NCBI GenBank assembly: GCA_043228905.1
Contig: JBHGNT010000022.1
Location: 11,036,001-11,100,000, forward strand
DNA length: 64,000 nucleotides
Reading direction: 5' to 3'
From: Azolla caroliniana
Lineage: Eukaryota; Plantae; Polypodiophyta
Of the stretch, positions 12,882-25,662 are shown piece by piece. The notes under the pieces are model-generated. The model made no database searches, was not told where the DNA came from, and worked only from the letters and a program-made list of their open reading frames with translations. Both the position numbers and the translations under genes were made by a program. Within the stretch, counting starts at the first letter, position 1, and every line of letters starts with the position of its first letter.

Positions 12882-13148
12882 TTTCTACTTTTCCTTAGCC
12901 TCATATCTCATTGTTCTTTGCTTCCATCCACACACTTGTTGTCTACGAGCACACACATAGTCATGCATACATTTTTGCAAACGTCTACTGACGATGACCT
13001 TCTCCAACATGGATGATGTAGTCCTTTTTGCAAATATTTTAGGATATGCACAACACATTATGAAGGCATTCAAAAACATGTCATGCATACTAAATTAAGA
13101 CTTGTCAATATCTCTAAAACAAAGATGATGCTTGTGAAGGGCCAAAAC

Positions 13149-13838
13149 TATCACAATACAATGACATAAAATACATAATTGGTCAGGATAGAACCTATAA
13201 TCTCATGTCAACAAAATATCATGCTCAACCATTTTGATATGAGCATGTATTTATAGATGTACTTGATCTAGAAATACTCTCTAGTCACATACCTCTACAG
13301 TTCTAGAACTAGAAGATTCTAGAGGGTACTATCATGGACACACCAACCATGGATTACAACAAAGCATGGATGACAAGGCTATGCTCGATAAGGCTATGAA
13401 CGTGGAACTAGAATTGACGAGGTTAAGAACTATAGAAGTTGAGTGATGAGACTATGAACTTAGGAAGCTAGGATTAACTAGAGAGCATGAAGACAAATAT
13501 GAAGATCAAGGAGACAATATGGCATGAAACGAGGAAACTAGATTAATATGTCAGTGACTGGTGTTGAATCCCTTGACAAGGATCAAGGAGGTTACAAGTC
13601 TTTATATTGTGATTTGAAGTACATGCATTAGAATATTCTAGAGAATATTCTAGAACCCTTTTGAATCTTCTAGTTCTAGAACTTTCTAGAGGTATTTGAC
13701 TAGAGAGTATTTCTAGATCAAGTACATTATATACAAATATATGCTCATATCAAAATAGTTGAGCATGATATCTTGTTGATGTGAGGTTGTAGGTTCAATC
13801 GTCACCAATTGTGTATTTTATGTCATTGTATCGTGACA
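13149..13838. mobile_element. Fold-back LTR-derived element with roughly 180-bp terminal inverted repeats
   Basis: TATCAC...GTGACA ends; 5-bp TSD AAAAC; arms about 13149-13330 and 13648-13838 are reverse complements. Confidence 0.8.
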
Positions 13839-14237
13839 AAAACCAAGATAAACCATGTATACAACTTTGGAAAACTCTCCATCTCAACATTTTTTGAAAG
13901 TTCTTAACCTTAATAAATGCAACAATTATATACAATAATGAGCCACTTCAATGTGTAGAAAACTTCGAAAATCTTGGCCTTGAAGTTCCTTCAAATCATA
14001 GATGGAATGAATGTGCTGCAAAGGTGCACATGTGTGAGTAGAATATGGGTACAAAGGTGTAAGTCCAATATAAAATGAACATGGGAGTGGAAGATCTACT
14101 ATGTATCCCACTCAAGTACAAAATCCTATTTAAGGCTTTAAGGTCAACACACTAACTAGATACTATCTAGGTAACTACTCAGTTATGTGTGTTGAATGAA
14201 TAACTAACTAAATCTAGTTGAGCTTGATATCTCAACA

Positions 14238-16978
14238 CGCCCCCTCAAGCTCAAGTGTGAGGTGTCTGACGTCCGCTTTGGCTTTCGTCGGATTCCGTCG
14301 GCTTCCGTCCGGCCTTCAGCTTTCTTTGGCCTTTCCGAGGCAATTTCGGTTCCTCGCCCTCAAGCTAGTGAAGGCCAACTGCTTCCACCCATCATGGGTC
14401 ACGAGCTCTCGGGCTCCCGGGCTCTTTTTCAGCCACTACCTTCATCGCGAAGGCATAATGATGGGCCATATACACGTTGTGGCCAAGCTGAGTGATGGGG
14501 TTCTTCTCTCTAGACGAGCGCCTTCTTTACTCCGGATATCCGCATGATGGGTACACCAATCTCACTATCTAGTGAGCGAGCCGACACATCCGAATCACTG
14601 TCATCGGGGTGATCGACTTTGCCTTTGTCCAAGTTCGGACTTGGTCGCGACTGTCATGATATGGCAAGACTCGAACCCATGACCTTATGGTATCTGGGTC
14701 GAGCTCTAAGCCATCACACCATCTATTGTAATTCATAGGATATTATTTTCATTTATGTTTTATTATAAGAAAGTAATGTATATTCCAGATTTCTCTGGAA
14801 CATTCTAGAAGTTTCAGGATTACTCCTGACAACACTATAAAAGAAGGCACTAGGCATTATGTTGAACCAAATTCAACATAATGCCTACATAGCTCAGTTT
14901 ATCTTTTCACATAATATATTAGTTGTTGTCATCATCTTTCTCTCTATCTCATCCTCGCTATCTCTCTCTCTCTCCTCTTCTCACTTCCTCTCTCGGGAAT
15001 CTTACGCGGTCCCGTCCTCTTAGTACTAATAGTATTTCTCTTCTTAGTACTAATTCCATCTCTGCTTTAGCACTATTCTTGACAGCGACGTGCTTTGGTC
15101 GCGTGAAGGCTCATGTGGCCCACTTAGCCTGGTAGAGCTTGGATTGTCCTTTGGTAAAGGACTTGGCCGAATATCTCCCTCTGAGTTGATGTTCAACTCT
15201 TCCTCGGTCAGGTCGGGTGTAGCCAAATCGGGCTTATACCAAGACGTCGATCGTCAAAGACTACGTCTCAACTCACCCTGACCGCTCGGATTGAGGGGTT
15301 AAAGCACTTGTATGCCTTTGTCTCGGATGAGTATACGAGGATACATTTCTCCGACTTCACGTCGGGCATCTGTCGTTGTTCGTTCGGGATGCGTACATTC
15401 GCAATGCTTCCGAACACTTTGAGTTGCAACAGGATCAGCTTCCTTCCAACAAGGAGCTCGTATGGAGTTAGCTCATGCACTCCATTAGTGGTGCACCGCT
15501 TCATGAGATAGAAAATCCTAGGTGCTACTTCGGCCCAATAGAACTTTCACATGTGCTTCTCATGCATCATGGCGCGTGCTACCTCGAGTATGTGCCGATT
15601 CTTCCTTTCGGCTACTCCATTTTGTAGAGGTGTGTGTCAGCACAAGAATTCTCTCTGAATGCTTTCACCTTGGAGGTATGAGATGAATTCGTCGGAGAAG
15701 TACTCCTTGCCTCCATCCGATCGTAGGCATCAAATGTGCTGACCAGTTTCTTTTTCGACTTAGCACTTGAGCTTTTGGAAGTGGGAGAGCACTTCGTTCT
15801 TCTTATTCATCGGGAAGATCCACGTGTAGCGCGAGTAGTCATCAATGAAGGTGACGTACTATCGGCATCCGCCGATCGTCGGTGTTTGAGTCGGTCCCCA
15901 TACATCCGAATGTATGACGTTGAGGAGGCCTTTGCTTACGTAGCTCTCCTTCAGGAATGGGGGTCAATGTTGTTTGCCGAGTTTACATGTTTCGCACACT
16001 CGGTCGACTCGTTTCGACTCAAAGGTCGGAAGTCCGATGATGACTCCCTTTGATTACATCACTCAAAGCCATTGGAGATTGATGTAGCCGATTCTCTTGT
16101 GCCACAACTCAATTTTCGTCTCGGTTTTGAGACATTTGGCATACATGGCCGATTTCACCTTGTTCGAGTCGAGAAGGAACATTCGACCATCTCTCCATCC
16201 TTTAGCTATGATTCGGCCATCTTTCTCGATGAAGCATCCTTCGTTTTTGAAACTAACTTGCTTGCCTTGCTCCACGGTTTGGTCGACCAAGACCAAATTC
16301 TTTATTATTGTCGGTACATGCAAGACATTCTTGATGCAATTGTTTTCTCCATCGTTGCTGAATGGAACGTTGCAGATGTGTCGAATGGGATGTGTGGTGT
16401 CATCTATCATCGTTCTTAGGTCATGAAACCACTCTTGGTGTGACTTCATATGATGTGAGGCACCGGAGTTGACGAACCACACATCTTCCGAGTTGGAGAT
16501 GCTTGTGGAGTCGAATGTCGTCATAGAGTTCGCTCTATGTCTCATTACCAATAGCCCACCATAGTCATCGTATTCGGAGTTGATGGCGTAATTTGTGAGT
16601 TGGTCAAAGCCAACCCACTCCTCTTCTTCCGACACTCCTCTTCATGGTGGTCGATTTAGCCGCAATAGTTGCAAGTGGCGGACCTCGTTTTCCGACCTTG
16701 TTCAACATGGAAGCTCCCTCTTCTACTGAAGGTTCCTTGATGGCTTCTGTCTTCTTGTCAAAGGTTTGAGTTCCCTTCGTGAGATGGGTTGAATCAACCT
16801 CTTCTACCGCCTCGACCTCATCCTCGGCCACCATCCGAATTCGAGAAGAACATTTATCCTTCCGATGTCTCAGCCTTGGTTCGGACTTGGTTCTCTTTGA
16901 CCAATAGCATTGATTTAAGGTCTAAGAACGAAGGAGGGTTTTCTCTCGCTAGGATAGTCTTCCTTATCGGGTCCAACC
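14238..16978 (-). mobile_element. Degenerate Copia gag-PR-INT lacking RT/RNase H; PPT at 14238-14248, LTR begins at 14237
   Basis: WFVNSGASHHM protease, LWHKRIG pre-integrase, integrase core (TPYELLVG, KAYKCFNP); the INT-RT linker runs straight into TTGAGGGGGCG-TGTTGAG. Confidence 0.8.
14652..15084 (+). mobile_element. Solo LTR of the chromovirus family seen at 3672-9264
   Basis: TGTCATGAT...TTGACA; perfect TSD GCGAC; clear similarity to the LTRs at 3672-4142 and 8798-9264, including the A/B-box cassette (minus strand, 14721-14668). Confidence 0.9.
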
Positions 16979-19900
16979 TGTTAACATTACCTGCTTACAC
17001 CACAGATGATAAAACATTACTTATGAGGATAAAGACAAAGACAAAATAACAGTTACAAGAACAATAAGAAAAAGATAAAACAATAGTTACAAAGAAGTAA
17101 TGGTTCGTCGTTACTTCTATGTATATATATGTATGAAGTATTGTTTAGTTTAGTGTGTGTGATACTACATTGGAGTTGTTACTATAGGTTCTTACATTGT
17201 AATACACTTGTCTTCATATAATATCTACCTTGTTCTACATTGTTCCAAAATATCTCTCTCTTTCCCTGTTGTCAATCCATTCCATTATGTTGTAACTTTT
17301 CTTACATGGTATCAAAGCTTAGTTGCACGATCTGAATCTCATATTCCCCTATAACTAACAAAACTCACCACGGATTATTTCAGATAAACAAATCTAAGTA
17401 CTATCACTATGGCAGGCTCAAGCAGAAAATATACCTTGGACAAATTAACAGAGAAAAACTACAAAACCCGGAAGACTCGAATGGAGCTGCTACTTGATGT
17501 TGAGGAGCTCCTAACATCACAACTAGCACTAGTCCAAAACCTAAAAAATGAGAGTCCAACGAATGGAACGAGTGGTGAAAGCTAGATAAAAGAGCTAAAC
17601 TAGATATAATATTAAATGTAAATGAAAAACAGTCAAAAATTATTAGAAAACTCACATTTGCAGTTGCAATGTGGGCAAAACTAAAGGAACTATACGAACC
17701 TCAAGATCGTACAACTAAACTCCACACCTTAGCTACCCTATTTAAAATGTGTGTTTTATAGGAAGAAGAAGATGTCCCTACCTTCTTTTCAACCTGGGAG
17801 GTAGCCATGGATGATGCAACTACCGCCGGCAACTGCATCTCAGAAGACATCAAGATTGGATTAGTGCTAAGCAAACTCCCCGGATCTTGGGGATGATTCA
17901 TCACTGTGCATAGTAGCACTACAACATTGTCTGAGCTACTTACTAAGATCCACCATGAAGACATTCAACGACAAAAGAAGAATAATGCTCAACCAGTCAC
18001 AATTGTAGTCTCCATCAATCGATTCCAAGGGGTCATCCATCAAACCAACAAAGTTACAGACCTGATAAAGTAAGAAATAGTGAGTCTAATAATAAAAAAT
18101 ACACTAAGAGTGAAGCACAAAAGTATTATGGGAACAACTCACGAAATAATGGAAGCTTTAGAATCATCTGTAGATATTGCAAAAAGGAAGGACATATCGA
18201 GCGAGTATGTCGCCTCAACCAAGCAGAGAAGAACTCCAACCAACCCCATGCGCATAATGTGGTTATCCAACGAGAAGATAGAAATCCAGAATACTCTTTT
18301 GAAGAGGCACCTGAACAAAATGGAGAACATGATGAAGAAGAGTAAATTCAAGTATATACTGCAAACACATTTGAAGAAAATCAAAATGAAGATGATAACA
18401 CCTAGTTCTTGGATACTGGGGCTACTCACCATCTAACATATCGAAAAGACTAGTTGGACAACTATCAAGAGCTCCCAATGCCATTGAAGGTCACCTTCGG
18501 AGACAAAGGTCAAAAAGTGGCAATTGGGAAAGGTAATATCAAATTAAGGCTCATTAGTAATCATGCTATACAAATTTGAGGTATATACTTTGTACCTGTA
18601 ATTGCAAAACATCTATTATCAGTGGAACAAGCTACCCTATATATCCAAGATGATCAACATGAGATAAAAATTGTAGATCCAAACCAAGGGCAACTATATC
18701 ATGTCAAGGAAAATCAAGGAGAAGCATTAGTTGTTGAAGTACATCAAGGAGGAGTAGACAATGTGTCCCCCACCTATCTATAGCTCTTCCGATTCGGTCA
18801 TCTACATACACCAACACTCAAGTTGTGTCAAAATCAGAACCTAGTAAGAGGTTTACCTTCCACAATCTTTAAATCTATTGATATTTGTGAAGGATGCATG
18901 TATGGAAAAATGGCTCAAAAATCATTCCCACTAAGTAACTCAAAGACAAAGGAACAACTTCAACTTGTTCACATGGATGTATGTGGACCGATAACTCCCA
19001 ACTCACTCTCCAGAGCAAGGTACTTTATAAAATTCATTGATAACACTTCACGATTCACAATGGTTAACTTTCTTAAACAAAAGGGAAATGCATTCAAAGC
19101 ATTTTGTGCATATAAGAGCTTTGTTGAAAATCAAACACAACTTAAAGTTAAAGTAATAAGAAGTGACAATGGTGGGGAGTTAGTTTCACAAGAGTGGGAG
19201 GCCTTTAACGAAATGGTATATTTCATCAAAAGTCAATTGTCTACACACCTCAACAAAATGGGATAGCCGAGAGAAAGAATCGCACCTTATTAAATGCAGC
19301 TAGGAGTATGTTGAGGATGAGTGGAATGGCCTCGAGATTCTAGGAAGAAGTAGTAGCCATAGCATGTTACCTACAAAATAGAACTCCTCACCAAGGTATA
19401 GAAGGACAAGTGCCATACACCATGTGGTATGGGTACCCACCTGAGATATCACATCTTCGAGTATTTGGAGCAACCACATTTGCATACATACAACCTGCCA
19501 AGAGGACAAAACTTGAGGATTGATGCATCAAAGGAAAACTTATTGGATATGGGGAACCATATGGAGTAAAATCATACAGAATTTACCTTCCGGATACAGG
19601 TAAAATAATTTTTAGTCATTCTGTAGAGTTTGATGGAAAAGTCTATTTTCTAGGTCATCGTATGTAGTGAAAGAAACTAGGAGTGGACACCTTACAAAGG
19701 AAATCACAAAGTTAAGACTCCCTCAAGCAGCAACAATGGAATCTACAAATGATAGGACAACATTAGAAAACTCACCAAATGAACACATGATTGTTGGTGA
19801 CAATCGAATTACAACATCCTCTTCTACGAACCCACTACCATCAACACAATCTAGTGCATCATACATACACAAATTCATGCCTCTACAACATAATCATAAA

Positions 19901-22745
19901 GGAAAACACACGGAGGGTCAAATTCTATGCAACCACATCATCGAAATTGGAGCAACATCAAGTTTACGATATCGAGATCCCTTTAATCAATACACTGATC
20001 TACACCAAACAAATCCAAATGACAAGCAACAATAAAACTACAAGACGAACACCATCAACACCGATCTACACAACAATCACGGTGCGCCAACAACTAATGC
20101 AACAAAAGAAAAGGTAAGAAACTCAATCAATTACCTCATTCTCATATCTTAACCACTCGACAGAGGGGTTGATAACCTCTGTTGCCAAGACCGCCACCAC
20201 GTCCATGGCCACCAAATCAACCACTCGAAGTCTTGAACCTGAGGATGTGTTTGTGTGCCACCAACAACCCAACACCTCTTCTTTAGCATCCGGATGTCAA
20301 AATCGTGAATCTGAACATACAAGTTCAGGTCACCTACAACCCTACATCTCCTCAACGTATCCTCAAAATCTCAAAATTGGTAGTCAATCTATCGGTCGAT
20401 CTTATGCTCAGAGCCCTGAATGTGAATAATTGTATGACTGAAGCCTCGAAATTAACAATCAGTCAATTACCCAATCTATTACTCAAAGCCTCGAACCTGA
20501 GCATACGAGCGGTGACCACATGCAACCATATGCATCCTCCACAACTGCAAGAAAACAAAGCCTAAAACCCAACAACTCCTCTACATCCACAAAATGTAGA
20601 AGCCCTCAGTCTGAGGAACTGGGTGTTGACCGCCTGCAAACCTGCAACCTCTCCAAAACAACCTTAAAAGACAAAGAAATTAGGGATAAAAAGACTAAGG
20701 TAAGGTTACTTAGTGACATCTATGATGCAACCAAGGACGAGGTGCTTGAAAAGTTGACATGTCACACTTCTTAACAGAGACAGAGTCTGACATATCCATC
20801 TTTCCAGCCATCATCGAAGGAGACAACTACGACACGGCCCCAATTCTCACCTTCAAGCAAGCATTAAAAAGTAAAGAAAAAGAAAATTAGGTTAGGCTAT
20901 TAAATCTGGATTCTCAATACTCCATAAGAATCACACATGGACATTACTATTGGGGCCTTGTCACTCCAATGTCATCACTTGTAAGTGGCTTTTTACGAAG
21001 AAATATGATGCCCTAGGTACCCCCGTAAGGTTCAAAACAAGATTAGTAGCTTGAGGATTCTCACAAATACCAGGTGTGGATTACCATGAAACTTTTTCAC
21101 CCACTTTAAAAATCACAGCACTCCGATTGATTCTTGCCATTACGGCATATTTAAATCTTGAACTTCGAAAGGTTTCAACCTGCTTCGTGAGAGCCTATTC
21201 CTCCGTTAGCTGGGGAACCGGGGGAGCTAATAGAGCTTGATGATGAGCTTATAGAAGATATTTTGTTGGCCCGGCTAACAGGGGAAGACAATGCACGTAT
21301 AGCCGAAGAGACTTTTATAAGAGATGAAGAAGAAAATGACATTGACGATTTGATTGTTATGTAATAGACTCTTTTGTTCACGAAATGTATTGTTTGGAAT
21401 TCACATTACTAATACAAATTTTGGGTTTTACTTGGTGTATTCCATTCTTTATAATCTTCTATATGTTTCAATTTTATTTCAATATACTTGGTTTGTTGAC
21501 TTATGACATTGGTTTCATCGTGTGCATTGCTAACTACCAATATGGAGAAACATGAATTAGTTTAAATTAAGGTTGATTTTGGTCAAACTTTACCTTAACA
21601 TAACATGCTTGTAGAATTGTTGCCATGACTGTCCATGTTGTTATTTGCAATCAATTGTTGAGATTGTCATTCCGTGTCTAATATATATCAGTCCATATAT
21701 TATGGATCTTTGTCTTCTATTGTTAAAACTATTATGTTTCTCTTCCATTGCTACTTAGATTGTGTAGTGTGTTGATAATGGTTCCACTAGCGTTATCCAC
21801 ATGTTTTTGTACGCTTGTAGTTCCACTAGCGTTATCGTCCGGAGTTTGATCCCATGTGAATCACCTAAGGAATAGATTAGATCAATTTTAAAGACAAGTA
21901 TTGAAAGCCTTAATAGGTTTGTTATTTCCATCACATTATCCTAAAGTTCACTGCCTTACATTGTCCACAATTATATACATATGGTTTGATCCCATGTGAA
22001 AAAACTAAGGAATAGATTAGATCAACTTTAAATACAAGTATTAAATACCTTAATAAGTTTGTTATTCCAATCACATATCCTAAAGTTCACTTACATTGTC
22101 CACAATAATATACATGCGAGTATGGGTTAAAGTATAAATTATTACTCATTTTATTAGTATGGTTACAATTACACCTCATATTTTTGTAAAACTTACCAAA
22201 TTAATATAAGTCTTTAACTTAGTGTTTTCCATGTCACACATTAGTGAGATATTGAGCCATTGTTGAACTTTATTATGCCTACATTAACTTATCAACACAT
22301 CCAAACTTATTTGAATTTCTAATTATCTCCACTCGTAGACCTATCATGTATTTTTATATTTGCAAATTCTAATCAAGTTTTGGAACATGTGATACTAGTG
22401 CATCCAATTTTTGTACAGAGGGTATATTTGGATATTTTCAAGAAGATTCTACAAGTGGAATGCGCGATCCTTCCACATGTGAACACGAACGTGTTCACCA
22501 TGTTGATGTTGAAACAGTGTTATTGCATGGTGATTTAGAATAAGATTTATATATGGAAAAACCCCAAATATTAGATAGTAGTATAGACCCTAATTAAGTG
22601 TGTAAACTTAACAAACCTCTATATGGCCTAAAACAATCCGCTAGACAATGGTATGCCAAGTTTCATAGGTTCCTCATATCAATCAAATTTCAACAACTTC
22701 AATCAGAACCTAATGTGTATATAAAGAACAAAAGTCAAGAAAATT
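16979..22745 (+). mobile_element. Highly degenerate Copia element (LTR to about 17306, Met PBS 17307-17318, gag-PR-INT-RT remnants), with an unrelated insert at about 21175-22480
   Basis: CTTACA-TGGTATCAAAGC; DTGATHHL-like protease; CEGCMYGK, HMDVCGP, RSDNGGE integrase; LYGLKQSARQW RT near 22620. The 5' boundary is approximate. Confidence 0.8.
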
Positions 22746-23607
22746 TATAGGTGCATGGGGGATTGAATTTGGATCAAGGATATTAAAAAACAATCATGAA
22801 AGTTTGGGGAACTTAACATGGAAAACAAATGTATATATAAAGAATACATTATGTGCCAATACATAATGTTGAAGCCTTGTCTTTACACATCATACAAGAG
22901 ACTTTAAGCATCTCACTCCACAAAAGATGGCTACATTGTTACCTCATTAAATTTCTTGAATTCAAATGCTTGAAAATGGTAGCGTAACCATAAAGTTTGG
23001 TTGCTTTGCAACCTTGAATTCGTGTGTTCAGGTCCCAAGAGATAGGCTACAATTGTGCTCATCGCTATATTTTATGTACAATAATGATCCGCTCCCAGAA
23101 ATTGGATTTACAAAATTGATATGGACACATTTTCGAGAGTATATAAAAGGCATATCCGATAAATAATAAAAGCTCAAACTTATGTAATATTCTTAAATAG
23201 GTATGACGATATTGAGCATTTTATTTGTTACAATCTATGTTACAAATAAAAATGTGCACAAATAGAAATGTGTCTGTGTTCGCCTATGGTCACATTTTAC
23301 AATATCTACTTGGGATTTCACCATTTCGTGTGTCGCATATGAACAAGCAGAATAACCCCTTTCTTCATAGATTTTGGATTTGTTCCAAATCTTTTCTTGA
23401 CAACAAGTTATTCAAAGTCTGTAGTTATAGCCCCTCCTCATCGATTTTGAAAGTTTTCTAGCATTGCTTTTTATCATGTGATGGTCCCTTTATGAATTTG
23501 TGTCTCTCGTGATTGGCAAGTATATGTATGCCTATTTTTCAATAGTTTCTAGGTTTTGTGGGTTTTGTGGATTTTCGCCATGCTTTGAGGTACCACATTA
23601 CTGAAGA

Positions 23608-23647
<40 letters not shown>

Positions 23648-24314
23648 ACAAGCGCTCGCGTACACGTCCACATTGCATAGCAATAATAGAATCAAGATTT
23701 ATATACTTGATACAAATTAAACATGCACAAGACAATTTTTTTGATATAAATAATAAATTCACAAACAAGCTTACTTGTGCCTTTGTTGAAGAATATCAAT
23801 TCTAAGGTTTTTGAGACACAAGCAAGAAGGATGGACAACAAATGTTCATTGAAGGTTGGATGGTTGATGGCAAATACATTTCAAAGAACAAAATCTAACA
23901 TGGAGAACAATCATTGAAAAAATAACCGAGTAATATCAAAATATGATTGGATAACACATGTAATGAGAAGTTGTGATCATTGATACTACCATTTCAAGAC
24001 ATGTTTCCTATCGTAGTTAACAGAAAATGCAAGTCATCAACTTAAACGGAGACACATAAAATCTCCTTTGAGACACACTCAAATTTTCATATTCTATTCA
24101 ATGGGAAAAAGGAAGTGGCATTTCTTATGTCATCCAATATATGAATGTACATGAGATTGAATAAAAGAATATTTTAAACATTAACAAAATATTTCATGCC
24201 AATATTATCTAATTGTGACATGGATTCAAAGTTCCAAAGTAACGACCAAGTAAAGTAAGGAGATATGGTACGTTTTGGCCACTAATGCTTGAATATATGT
24301 GCTAATATCCGGCC

Positions 24315-25380
24315 ATGTTGCTTTCTCTTAGTTCATCCAATGTAAATTTCTCTAGAAGTTATTGTAATACAAACATCATGTTTGGAGCCTTACCAACTTC
24401 ATGGGGCCCATTTATAGTGATCCATGGGGCTGATCCAACTCTTTCTCTACAAAATCTGATGTCCAAGATGAAGCAGGAAGATCTTCGAAGGAGAAAGCCT
24501 CAAAATGTCTCAGACAATCCACACATGGCAATGATGGTTGCGATGAAGTATAAGAGAGGTAATTTTAATAGAAACAAATTCCAAAACAATAATAAATACA
24601 CAAAGAACATACCAATTATACATGATGGAAACAAGGTTCAGAATCAAAAATCGTTCCAAAATAAAAAATCAGGTGCCCTCAGTATTTCCTCTCAAATCAT
24701 TTGTCAATATTGTGGTAAGGTGGGTCACATGGAAAGAGACTATAGAAGAAGCAATACGATTACAGGAATAAGAGTAAAAGAAACTCAACACATGTTCACA
24801 CAGCCTCAGTACAAAACCAACAAGAGGATACTAACCCTTTTATCTCAGCATTTGTGGCAACCAATTAGAACTTCAATGTGGAAATTTTAAGGTTGTTTGA
24901 TACATGTGCAACCCATCATCTTACCCATAGTAGAAACCTTCTTCATGATTACATCCAACTTCCTACACCTTTGGAAGTTCTCTTTGGTGATAATGCAATC
25001 AAGTTGGCTTTAGGAAACAGAACAATTCATCTGTCAATAGACAATGATCAAACAATTAGTATATCCAACTATGTTCCTAGCTTGGCGAAGAACTTGTTGT
25101 CTGTAAGTGAAGCCATGACAAATGGTGCAGTAATTGAATTTCATTACAATTGTGCATTTATCAAATATACCTTACCATCAGGACAAGTTGTAAAGATAGT
25201 GTCTCCCAAACATGGAAGACTTTACCCCCTTCAAGTTATGGACAAAACACCAATTGAAGCACACATTGCCTCAAGAAACCGTCAAGTTGATCATACTTTA
25301 CTATGGCATTATCAATTCGGACATCTACATCCAAGAGTCATGAAGACATGTCAAATTCATAACCTTGGAGAGGGTATCAT
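24315..25380 (+). mobile_element. Copia gag/protease fragment
   Basis: CQYCGKVGHMERD knuckle, FDTCATHHLT protease, LWHYQFGHL. Confidence 0.75.
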
Positions 25381-25452
25381 TATCAGTCCCTCACCCTCCT
25401 CTCAACCTACCGGGGAGCATGACGGTGACCTTGTGTGGCAAGCTCTCACAAG

Positions 25453-25662
25453 TGTTAGAACATTATTAATGTAAGTAATATATATTAGGATATTAGAAAA
25501 TACTTTACCATGAATAAAGAACCATGAAGGTTCACATGTAACTGTTTTACTTCAAGAACCGTGAAGGTTCATATGTAACTACTTTCCAAGATTGTACCTA
25601 TATATATCTACCATCAATAAGAATCATGATGTTAGGGTGTTTTTATACATAGAAGCTTTACA
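25453..25662. mobile_element. Short (210 bp) solo LTR inserted in the Gypsy gag/PR region
   Basis: TG...CA ends; perfect TSD ACAAG; internal AAGAACC(A/G)TGAAGGTTCA repeats. Confidence 0.75.

Noticed and set aside
21175-22480. Possible DNA-transposon or gene fragment with an acidic C-terminus and a duplication of about 140 bp (21844-22115)
   Set aside because: No termini, TSD or diagnostic motif could be identified; left unclassified.
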